Below, piece by piece: positions 1-10,452 of a DNA stretch of 64,000 nucleotides; position 1 is the stretch's first letter; each line of letters opens with the position of its first letter. The position numbers and the translations under genes were made by a program. The notes beneath the pieces were generated by a model. The model saw only the letters and a program-made list of their open reading frames with translations, searched no databases and was not told the origin of the DNA. Where the stretch lies: NCBI GenBank assembly GCA_009103225.1, contig RHPI01002262.1, positions 940,585 to 1,004,584 on the forward strand, written 5' to 3'. This DNA comes from Chlorokybus atmophyticus. Lineage: Eukaryota; Plantae; Mesostigma and Chlorokybus algae.

Positions 1-60
<60 letters not shown>
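1..60. repeat. (TG)n microsatellite, truncated by the window start
   Basis: Perfect TG dinucleotide run at positions 1-60. Confidence 0.99.
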
Positions 61-61
<1 letters not shown>

Positions 62-1077
62 AACTGGCTATGATACAGATATATATGCATAAAGGTTTGT
101 ACATTCATGTATATGTATATCTACATTGGAATCATTATCTTTGTATACTTAATGCATCATGTACATACTTATTACATTGTACAAAAGTAGTACTTATGCA
201 CAATGTGATCAATATGAGATGCGCATATGTATGTTAAAGTATTTCAGCTAGATATACATGCATGTGTACACATTACGTACAGCCATTACAGCATGTCCAT
301 ATATATGTATGTATGTGTGAATACTTCAATGTATGCATAAAGTTCAATATAACGTTACATGTGTCACATAATACCAGTACATGAGTGACACATAATACCA
401 ATACGTGAATATGGTTAATAGTTTGCGCCGTAACCCAACCGCCGCTTGCAGTTAAAATGTAATTTTCGTTGATGCTTGCCACGGTTAACACGTGGCAAGC
501 GTTCTTATTGGGAGAGGTTGGCGGCGATCGCAACATATAATCGCAAAAACACCTTATGAGCACCTTTTGCAAATACAATTAAAAGTACGGGTTTTGTACC
601 ATTTAGCGTTGATGTAAATCTGGACGTTTTGTGAATGTATTGTATTTGGGCTTAGTATGTTGCGCAAAACCTGCCCGTGTAAACGCGCTTTTACTCTGCT
701 TGCGCATGGGGCCTTATTGTTGATTGCAGCGCGCTGGTCTAGCAGCCTGCCAATTAGTACCAGATGACCGTGTGCAAAACTAAGAGGCAAGCAAAAAGGA
801 AGACAAACACAGAAATTATCATATCGAGTCACAATGGTTTATCAGTTCTTCCAAAGTAAATTGCAACGCGCTCGTCTAGCAGCCTACCAGATTAGCAATG
901 CTGCAAACCCGCTCATACTTCCTTCTTATAATCTTTAAGAGTTTGTCGCAATATGTTTTCCCTGCCGGCCGACTAAATATTGGCAACGGCCGTGCACCTG
1001 AGGACGCTAATTTAGACTGTCGTGGCTCAGGCCACCTGTAATCTTGATACAGGGACCTAATAGTAACTTTCGTTACT

Positions 1078-1420
1078 ATAAGGCCCTTTTTGTTACAATT
1101 TAATCTTTAACAGTTGACTTTGCCTAACTAACAGGCGCCTGTTAGTTACCTATCAGGCCTCAACAGGTGACTTTATATAATGAACAGGCACCTGTTAGTC
1201 ACACACTAGGCCTTAACAAATGACTTTGTGTAATTTACAGGCAACTGTTAATTACACATCAGGCCTTATTAGGTGACTACAACTAATCAACGGGCACCTG
1301 TAAGTTACACATCAGTCTTATTTAGGTGACTCAGCCTATGTGACAGGCACCTGCAGGTTACACACCAGTCCAGCGCAGGCGACTAAGCCTAATTCACAAG
1401 CACCAAATAGGTAATTATCG
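1078..1420. repeat. Diverged 53-bp tandem repeat, about 6.5 units
   Basis: Unit starts at 1078, 1131, 1184, 1237, 1290, 1343 and 1396 (exact 53-bp period). Approximate consensus ACAGGCACCTGTTAGTTACACATCAGGCCTTAACAGGTGACTNNGCCTAATNN, with an internal ACAGG-NN-CCTGT palindrome. Confidence 0.9.
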
Positions 1421-1762
1421 ACAAATAAGGCATGCTTTAACAACTGAAGGTGACCAATGCCTAACTGTCGTCATATGTATTTGCATAGCTTGACTACACG
1501 CGACTGTCACTGACTTCCAGCATTGTTATGTGCCTGTGCTGTGTACATGTACCTGAAATGTGTACAGTGTCTCTCAGTCACTTGCCAAGGCTTGTAGTTC
1601 GATTATGTGACTCGAATGCAGTTCTGTGTATATCATAGGGATGCAAGTATTGATGTGCATGAGCATAATGACGATTGACTGAGCTGGTTTAAGATGCACA
1701 ACACTCAGTCACAAGAGCCTTGTAGCTATGTACACTACCAGCTAAACGGACTACCAACTGCG

Positions 1763-3590
1763 CTACAGCTCCTCTCCATCATCGCTGGTCTCGTCATTAC
1801 GGAACAAAGCACCACGCGCTGGGGCCTGTGGAGGAGACGCCGGAGCTTGCTCTTCCTCCTAAAACGGTTGTGCCAGCTAATCAAATGCAGCTTCTGCCTC
1901 AGCGAGCGGGTCACGAGCTGCTGTCTCTTGCGGCCGGCGCCGATTGGGATCTTTCCGGTATTCGACACAAGATGCAGTGCGGCGTTTCACAAGGGTGAAT
2001 GGCTGGAGGGTTGCGTACCGTTGCCTCATCTCCCGCTTCATTGACATGATCATGATGTTGATTTCGCTGAGGTACTCTTCATGTGTGTCTATGCTGGCAG
2101 CTAGGAGAGGGTCTCCATCCTTGCCCTTTAGGATGCGCTCCACCTGCGTAGTTTACAGGCATGTCTTAGTGGCATCGAAAGCCACTATTCACTGCAACGC
2201 GTCTGCAAGCCTGTAGTTTGGGGCTACAGCGTTCCTGAATCGCTAATGATGGAGTTCAGAGTGCTCACCGTAAGCAACAGGTATGCGAGGTGGTTGACTG
2301 TCAGCTGCCGGCGACCAGGTGTAGTGACGGCGTAAGACCAGCATTGCACGATCATTTGCCAGATTATGGGATTGCCCCATTCATGGATGTATCTCCTCCG
2401 CTCCGGGTCTGCAGTGTCGGTCACCTCAAATCTCCGCCATGACTTGTCTGCGACAGTCATACCGACAAGGCATTAGTCACGAAATAGATAGTTCAAGTTG
2501 AGCCTGCACCAGGCTAGAATAGTGCCTGTGACTTACTTTGGAGCGCGTTGCGCATCTGGGCTTTTTGGGTCTCGGGGTCCATTAGGGCGTCGATGTGCCT
2601 GATTGAATCGGTTACAATAGGCGAGATGAGTACGTGTGTATGGAGGCTGAGTAAGAAGGCAGTGTTGCATAGCAGACATGGTGGTGAGGGACCCAACTCA
2701 CTTGCGCTTGTTGCTGTTAAACAGTGTCCACTTGTACTCCTTCTCAAGGACATGCTTGATCTTGGTGACGTTCTCAGACCGGACCTGCGTAGCTTTCTTC
2801 AGGGCGACACTCCAGTGGAAGGGGCACTCCTTGGGAGTCCAGTACACCTCATAGAACTTGGCCGCATCGGCCTCGTCGTCATGGTCGAAGCCAACTACCT
2901 GTCACGGGCAGGTTGGTCAGTGTCACGGTGCAGTGCGGTCATGAAGCATTCACAGCACCTGACACATGACGTTACGAATAGTGTCCTCCTTGGGATAAAC
3001 GTGGCTCTCTACCCAGTGGCCGTTTATGATTTCAACGACGGCATCTCGCAAATGCTGTCCACAGAAGAACAATCCGTTACACACATACACACAGTGTCAC
3101 AGTGTCACACAGTGCTTACCTCGTTGCCAATCTTCCACTTGCTTGGGGAAGGGTTGCTGACGGCCGAGGTTGCCACGTCACGGCCAAATGCGTTTGGGTT
3201 GGGGGTTCCAATCGACCCTCTGCAAGCACAACCACATGAGTCATGCTGCCAGCCATGAAAGATGCAACCCTCACAGTTGCAAAAGAAGAACAACGTGCAC
3301 AGTGTATCCAGAACGCATGCAGTGAGTCACTGTGCTAGTCATGATAGAAGCAAGCATCCAAGTTAGAAGTTGAGCAAGAAGCAACGTGCACAGTGCATCA
3401 AGAACGCATGCAGTCTAGCTTGCCCTTGCGACTGCGGTGTCAGGTGGAGTTGTTGTGATGTGCTGGGCGTTAGCGCGGGGTCTTGCTGCGATTGGTTGGC
3501 GACGGTTGCCTGGTTGAACACTGGGGGCAATGTGGACAACTGGCGCCGACCTCCACGACGAGGTGCACTTACGGATGGACCACGAGGCAT
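1763..3590 (-). pseudogene. Spliced transposon-associated gene, DUF6532-like; two in-frame TAGs near the C-terminus
   Basis: GT-AG exons give ...HLRDAVVEIINGHW...WSVALKKATQVRSENVTKIKHVLEKEYKW...HEWGNPIIWQMIVQCW...LTVNHLAYLLLTVERILKG...AAFD*LAQPF*EEEQAPASPP...DETSDDGEEL*. TAGs at 1877-1879 and 1859-1861; final stop at 1763-1765. Resemblance to fungal DUF6532 is from recalled consensus. Confidence 0.55.
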
Positions 3591-3771
3591 CTCTCCAACT
3601 GATAGTCGGGTGCCGCCTGTTTAGCTGTAAGTGGCGCTGCCGCCTCCAACGCTGCCGCCGCCGGTTGGCCCGCCCGAATGTATGAGGCGCGAAAACGAAA
3701 ATGAGGCGGTTTTGAACGTCTAGAGTCCCGCACTAGAGTCGCACTTGTAGTGCGTCCTTGCTCCTATGGTT

Positions 3772-3928
3772 GATGGTACGACTTATGCATTCGTGCCATG
3801 CATGCTTCGTACAACCATTGTTACCAATGGTTGTGTCGTAACATTTATGGTACGACAGAGGCATCTCTCGTCCAACCCCAGCGATTGCCGTACAATGGCT
3901 CTGTCGTACCATCCATGGTACGACAGAG
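3772..3928. promoter_or_regulatory. ATGGTACGA/TCGTACCAT palindrome cluster 1, in a divergent intergenic region
   Basis: ATGGTAC at 3773, 3847 and 3915; GTACCAT at 3906. Perfect 14-bp inverted repeat CTCTGTCGTACCAT-cc-ATGGTACGACAGAG at 3899-3928. 10-bp inverted repeat at 3811-3834. The regulatory role is inferred. Confidence 0.6.
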
Positions 3929-3988
3929 GCATTGCTCGATCAGCCCAAATGGGAGTTAGCATGCACTCACCCAAACACGCTTCATTGA

Positions 3989-6900
3989 TGGCCGGATGAT
4001 GGCACGCAGGGGCACCAGGTCGATGACGGGTCGAATGTCAGGCTTGATGGGCCTGGGTTCGACTAGGAGGCGGAGGACCAGGAGTCGGAGGAGGCGGCGG
4101 CGGCGGCGGCGGCGTGGCACATCTTGCGAGAAGTTGTGGTCGTAAGAGTTCAAGCAGCGAAGCCAGCTACTACCGGTCGCCACGTCATGGATCATGGCAG
4201 GCGTCAGCAATGGGGCTGTCCAACATGCATCACCAACATTGGACAAACCAGCAGGCAAGCCATTAAAGACCATCTTCACACAGAGAGCTGCTTGGTGGCT
4301 CGCTTTCTGCAACAAGGAGTGGATCAGGAGCTGCAGTCCTTGGAGCCCCTTGTCAGAACCATGCGGGACCAGTTGCGGCTGTGGGAACAAGCACAAAGGA
4401 ATGCAGAGGTACGCTCAACAGTCACATGCATTTCCTTGCAAGAGCAATTTGTTTTTTAGCGCAGTCCATGTGATATATGTAGCGTGGCTGCAGGCCTCCA
4501 CTATTCACCCATACCCACCCTACAGTCAAGCCGACATTGCGGAAGCAAGAGCAGATAGACAGAGCTGGGCGGCGGTATGTTGTTGCCAATCTCGCTGTGC
4601 ATGTTGACTGCAATGTTGGCTCCAATGCATGCCTACCTTTTCATGCTAGGATGTGCGTGAGCGTGCGAAGTCGCGCGCGCGTGCCGAACGAAGTAGGCTG
4701 GGTTTGAGCACAGGAGCGCGTGGCCATTTGTCCGGCATTCAACCAATAGTGCATCAACCAGCAATGACGCAGTCCATGCAATCATTCGTGCATCAACCAG
4801 CAATGCCGCAGGTGACTGTTCGAAGCAACCAACTAATGACGGTGTGACGCAATTGACTATTGCAATTGCAGTGTCGCAAGCATGCAGCTAACCCACATGT
4901 GATTGGTTGACAGCACCACAGTGCACTAAGTCCTGTTGGAGCTCTTATGCAAGCCTGGATTCAATCCCATCAATTGGTCCTTCAATCCCACTTGCTGATG
5001 GGCGCGGCGGCAATGCGGCATCAGTTTAACATGCATGTTGGCCTGTTGAATCCCGACATGTCCATTGGGGCAGTGGCGCATGATGTGCCCATGGCTCAAG
5101 AGCTCCGTGACGAGTCTGCCATGGAGGGTGGCGGGGAGAGTGCAGCCAATACCACCTTGTCAGCCCCCATGGCTTCCCCTGCTCCATGCAGCCCACGGGC
5201 CATTGAGGTAAGTCGCTGTCTTTTATGCTCGTGCCTTGGTAACAATGCGTCAGGCACTGCATAAGCTTATATTCGTCCTTTGCAACATTGTGAGCCATCT
5301 TATCCTGGGTCCTGTATACAGCCCCCCTTGCTGCATGCACAAGTGGTCTCACCTGCAGCTCCTGCTCCCCTCCCAGCCAGAGCGCAACCACCTTCCGCGG
5401 CACCAGTCCTTCGTGCACTGCCATCTCCTCCACGAGCAGCACCGGTGATTGCGGGGCAACAATCCTTCTTGCCGCCACCGGCGAGACCACAGCACAATGC
5501 AACAACCGATGTGGCTTCTGCACCTACCTTACCCCACCCGCTGCAAGTTGAAGCCGGCAGTCTGCCCCAAACTCAGGTACTTTATCAGTCACTGTGACTC
5601 TTGCCGTCCACAATTGGACACACCATGTGAGTGCTGTATGCGCATGCAGCAGGGGTCACCACGTGCCAGCGAGTCATCAGAGGAGCTGGCCGCAACCCGC
5701 ATCCGGCCATCAGTCATGCTAGGTGGCCAGCTCGCCTCATGGGACCACTTCAATGCGCCAACGGATGGTAACTGCTTCTACCATTGTGTATTTCGCGCCA
5801 GGCCATCCATAGCGCAAAGTGTCCTGGATGATCACAAGTGCCCCAGCTCGAGCAGATTTTGGGCCATGCTGGACACCATGGACGACGACGGCAGGGGGCA
5901 CACTCTCCGCAAAATCACCGCCAAGGCTGTCGATGCAGGCGTGGCGAGCAGAATCCTAGACTTCTGCAGAGCCACTGGTGCCGCGGGAGAGATGGCGCAG
6001 TATTACGACAAACTGCCTGCGACCATGTTGGCTGATATCAACTGCAACATTGACCTAGCCATGGCCAAGGTGCGACAGATCGTGCGGAGAAAAGATGTGT
6101 ACGTCGAGCACCTGCAGATGACCATGTTTGCCAACAAGCTGGGCTTGTTGATTGGCTGCGTGACCGTTCAGCGCGAGCATGGGGAGTGGGTGCCACGGCC
6201 CGGCAACGCAGTTTGGGTTGGAAATAAAGAAGCCCTCAACTCAGTCCTGGTGGTGGGCAACACTGCTCCTGATGAGCCAGAAGCACACTTTTGGCTCCTC
6301 AAGCCTGCAAGCACCGAACGGTGATCGTGGCCTATGCATGAAGTGCCACTGGAGGTAACACACCTGATCGGAGAGTGACGGCATGGCGTTGCCAATTCCC
6401 CGCTACCACCGGCTGTGACCCAGAGTGCTGCGCCAACGCCTCAGGCCTCGCCTTCGTGTGCTAGGCAAGAAGTAGCCGAGTGTTCTGCACATCCTGCCTC
6501 CCCTCAACCACAGCCACATGCTCGCAATCCCAATTCAGCACCCTCCCTTCCTGCCGCGGAGACTCACTTGCCACCGCACTCTGACCATCCGGAGGCATCT
6601 CCATCAAGAAGCAGCTGTAGCTCGCCCTCTCCCTCCAAGCTTGCCACATTGATCCCAGCCTGTCTTTTTGGTAAAGAGATTGATCGAGGTGTCCTGAAAG
6701 CTGCGCTGAAAGACAAAGGCTTCATGCTCGACCTCATGAAGCAACATGAGGTCGTGGAGGAACGGGAGGCAACCAACAAGCGCAAGGTTGTGGAGCAAGA
6801 AGATAACGCCTTACTTCCTCTGAGTGACAGTGCCACGGAGAGCGCCTGCCAGGATGTGCAGGGTGACAAAAAAAAAAAGAAGAAGGTTGTTGGAACAAAG

Positions 6901-7117
6901 GACGCTGACAGGACCAAAAAAGGAAAGGTGAGGCATCGTTACAACATTAGAAGAAGCACAGCGCCTTGATGCCTCACTGGGGCTGACTGTGTGTCCTGAG
7001 TAGGCACAGGCGGGTTTACAGCGTCAAGTGGCTGCTCAGCATCGTCCAGAGAGACAGCCGGTGCGGCACGAGCTGCCTAAGCCCAAAGCACCGACGCGCA
7101 GACGCTTTAGGGGCTGA
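3989..7117 (+). pseudogene. Multi-exon gene: C2HC-type zinc finger, Pro-rich region, OTU-like cysteine protease, Lys-rich tail; in-frame stops present
   Basis: WGCPTCITNIGQTSRQAIKDHLHTESC in the first exon. Several phase-compatible GT-AG introns between 4409 and ~5650. OTU motif NAPTDGNCFYH (Cys 5773-5775) and EAHFWLL (His 6286-6288). TAG at 4064-4066; TGAs at 6322 and 6376. Start and 3' end uncertain. Confidence 0.6.
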
Positions 7118-7134
7118 CTCGTAGTGCAAAAGAG

Positions 7135-8037
7135 TTGATCACCCTACAGTACGCCCAAGACGCGCTGCATCACCGCATGCGGCATGCCTCGAGGTGGGTG
7201 ACGAAAGTTTGCAATAAGTGGGAGCAAACGCGGAGAATGCGGTCTAAACAGACCTCTGGGGATTGGCCGTGGTTGGAACCCATACACGATATGGCCATCC
7301 GTAGTACGTTGTTGAGCCTCGCCGTCCTCGATATGATGGTGTTGTTGCTGCCGCAGCACCCCGACAATGTGCAAGAGCTATCTGCGGAGCAGAACTTCGA
7401 CCTGCTGCAGCAGATGTACCTGTCGATGTCGACTAATGCGGGTTGAGATGTGTGCCACTACCTGAGCAAACATACTGGGTGGCAAGTAAAACCATTTGAG
7501 CTGTACTTGGCATGCTTTGGCGGGCAGTGGCTGTATGTCATACGGCACGTCGAGCTGATTCTGTGGAAGCTCGAAGAAAATGACGATGCGGGGGAGTACA
7601 CAAGTGACGACAGCCATGTCGAGGGCCTGGATGAACGCATGCTGGACGAGACCACCAAGACCAGCAGGTGGTGTATGGCGGCAGATGGGCGTCAGGTGAT
7701 CGAGCAGGCAGTGGAGCGTTATGCTGCGCCATTCAGATGGGAGTCGCTACGCCTGCGACGCGAAAACAGTGTTTGGTGGCAGAGGCAGCTTGCACACCCG
7801 CGTGCACCATGTGTGCTGATCTGTCGCATTGAAGAGCCACCCCCCCCAGCTGATGGGGAGACGCCCTGTTGCAAGAAAGCGATGTGCCATGTCTGCATCA
7901 TAGCACATCAAAAGACTGTGGCAAATAAATCAAAGAATCTACAAGCGTGTCCATTCTGCAAGCAACCTCACCCGTTTTGGTCGCCACGCCTGATGCAAGA
8001 CGCCAACGTGTCGGCGGTGATTTGGCCCCCGCCTTGA
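7135..8037 (+). pseudogene. RING-like zinc finger protein; one in-frame TGA
   Basis: ORFs 7135-7446 and 7450-8037 are in one frame, separated only by TGA at 7444-7446. The C-terminus has CVLIC...PCCKKAMCHVC...ACPFCKQ, a RING-like Cys spacing without the canonical His. Confidence 0.55.
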
Positions 8038-8327
8038 TGCCAATTGTGCATGTATTGTAGTTTTGTGTTGGCTTCCTGTGAACCATGTAGGTACATGTAT
8101 AGTTGCAGCATGGTGCATGGTGCACCAGAGATCTGCTGTTGTTAGAAGCATTGGCTGTACATGTGTATGATGACTGCCCGGCGCATGAGTCAGTGCATGG
8201 CTTGCATACCTCGCTGGTTTAGAGCGTGGTTGACAGCAACAAACTCGGACAGCGCTCTGGGTTCCATGGCATGACAGCACAGTATTACTCTACGATCGTG
8301 GTAGTATGCGAGTATCCTTGTACTGTA

Positions 8328-8382
8328 GTACCATTAACAGATAGAGTACCATTCATGTTGATGTAGTACCATGCATGGTACT
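8328..8382. promoter_or_regulatory. GTACCAT palindrome cluster 2, upstream of the methyltransferase gene
   Basis: GTACCAT at 8328, 8346 and 8366; perfect 18-bp palindrome AGTACCATGCATGGTACT at 8365-8382; ATG at 8521. Confidence 0.55.
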
Positions 8383-8520
8383 GCAATAGCGTATAAGGTA
8401 CAGTCGTGCTTCACTTGAAGTTTGACCCATTTAGGGTTCGTAAGCTGGCAACCCTAAATTGATGCCCATACCCTAAAGTCTCGCTCAGTTTGTGGGCAGC
8501 CGTGCCGATTCCTATTTTGC

Positions 8521-10249
8521 ATGATGTCGGCGGCAGCAGTTGAATCACCCTCACCTAAGAGACCATGCTTGGTGTGCCCACAATGCAATGCGTACGTATG
8601 TGCCAATGGCCGTAGGCAGCAAATGCGAGCACACTTGACCGAATGCCAGCGAGTGCAGACAGTGTGCCACGGTTTTAGTGCTGCTTGCTGGCATCACACC
8701 ACACACAATGTCGACGTGTTTGGCTGCCGCCTCGGCCAAGTGCTGTGCAAGGAACGCGAGTTTTTCCATTGCGTGCAGTGCGTGTGCGAATCGTGCTCGC
8801 GCTCATGCTTCGAGTGGCGAGGGGAACCCATGCGCTTCTTCACATGGACAACACCGGGACATGTGGTTAGTGGACAGGTGGTGGATGCTGTGGAGGTAAT
8901 CCACAAGAGTGGACCGCGACGTATCACTGCATGTTATGTTGGGCGTATGCTTATTTCATGCATGTTGAAGCTGTTGTCGCATTCAGAGCAGTCTTGCACG
9001 GTGTGGGCGTGGGCAGTTCCATCCCCTGGCCGCTGTAGAGGAGGCAGACCATCGACCGTTGGACAGCGCACTGCATCGGCTGCGGAACGCAGTTAAGTTG
9101 GGATGCGAGCAGCTGATCGGTGTGAGTGTCATGGTGCATTGGCCGCTGGATGGGGAATGGTATGCGGGCGTTGTGGAATCATTCAAGCAAGCGTCAGGTC
9201 AGCATCGCTTCGTGGCGTGCGAGATTGAGGACGCATCATATATGCATGGTGCAATGGAAAATGTCTTTGCAGGGTAGCACCGTATAGTATTCGATGACGG
9301 TGATCGACCACAAACCATCAACTTCAAAGGGCACAACGTATTCGCGTACACATCAGTTAACGGGACACGCCATGTTCTGCGCGCCGGAGGGGAGAACGTC
9401 AGTCGCAAAGTAAGCCCGGACGGCATCATTGTTGGTCCCTGGCCAGCACCACGGCCAGCCTTGACCACATACACGCCATTTGACAACAAGCTGGGACGCA
9501 CACGCAGACCAAGGGCACTCGACCTATTTTGCGGCGGTGGCGGTGCCAGTGTCGGTCTATACCACGCAGGCTTTGACGTGACCGGGATGGACATAAGTCC
9601 CTCCTCTGAGTACCCGCTGCCCTTCATACACCGCGATGTATGCACCCTGAGTGCAGGAGAGCTGAGCGAGTACGAGCTCATCTGGGCCAGTCCACCATGC
9701 CAGGCCTATTCAGGTGCTATCCCGGCACCTCAACGGGCGGCACATGGCACATCCTGGAGACACCAGGATATGATACCGCTCGTCCGACGTCTGCTGCTTG
9801 CAAGCCAGGTCAAGTTTGTGATTGACAATGTGCCAGGAGCAGCTTCCTCATTCAGAGCCAATCTGTCCCTTTGTGGCACGATGTTTGGCCTATCAACTTT
9901 CCGACACCGTCTGTTTGAGACATTGCCAGTGGTAGCTACCCCACCAGCACGCTGCTCGCACGCGGGCAAGGTAGTTGGACTGCTATCGCCGCACCTGTCC
10001 GCTAGCGCGAAGAAGACAATCGTGACATCAAACGCGCCACAGCAGATGTACCCGGTCTATGGCCTTCCAAGCACCAGGGGCGGCATTGCTGCGTGGCAAA
10101 CAGCGCTGGGAGTGCCATGGATGACCTCGGCCGTTTCCATAGCGAATGCAGTTCCTCCCGCAATGGCGGAGTGCATAGGGCGTCTCATGCTTGAAACAAT
10201 GGATATGCGCTGTGACTACCCTCCTGTGTCATGGAACTATGAGGCTTGA
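8521..10249 (+). CDS. Cys/His zinc cluster - Tudor domain - C5 cytosine DNA methyltransferase fusion (3 exons: 8521-8895, 8987-9197, 9273 or 9288-10249)
   Basis: N-terminus CPQCNAYVCANGRRQQMRAHLTEC. Tudor VSVMVHWPLDGEWYAGVVESFKQASG*HRIVFDDGD. MTase motif I RALDLFCGGGGAS, motif IV IWASPPCQAYS, motif VI VIDNVPGA, then LCGTMFGL..RHRLFE and NAVPP. With the 9273 acceptor a TAG (9275-9277) interrupts the frame; an alternative acceptor at 9288 avoids it. Confidence 0.85.
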
Positions 10250-10452
10250 GTGTGGTGCACTGTATTGATGCTTAATGCCACACGGCGGACTGATTGTTGA
10301 ATGTTGCATGGATCATTCGATTGTGGTGACAGTTGTGCAGTGACAGCTGCCCGGTATTGTACACGTCCACATGCAAAAGTCTTAGCATACGATTAGCAAT
10401 GCCTAACTGACTGATATGCTCCAAACTGAGAGTAGTGAGACAAGTACATTTG

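Noticed and set aside
474-500. Helitron 3' terminal hairpin
   Set aside because: No CTRR terminus at the expected distance on either strand, and no Rep/helicase nearby.
1078-1420. CRISPR-like array
   Set aside because: The whole 53-bp unit is homologous between copies. There is no constant repeat with unique spacers and no cas genes, and the context is eukaryotic.
2548-3258. 236-aa plus-strand ORF
   Set aside because: It is the antisense shadow of the spliced minus-strand DUF6532-like exons and has no recognisable motifs.
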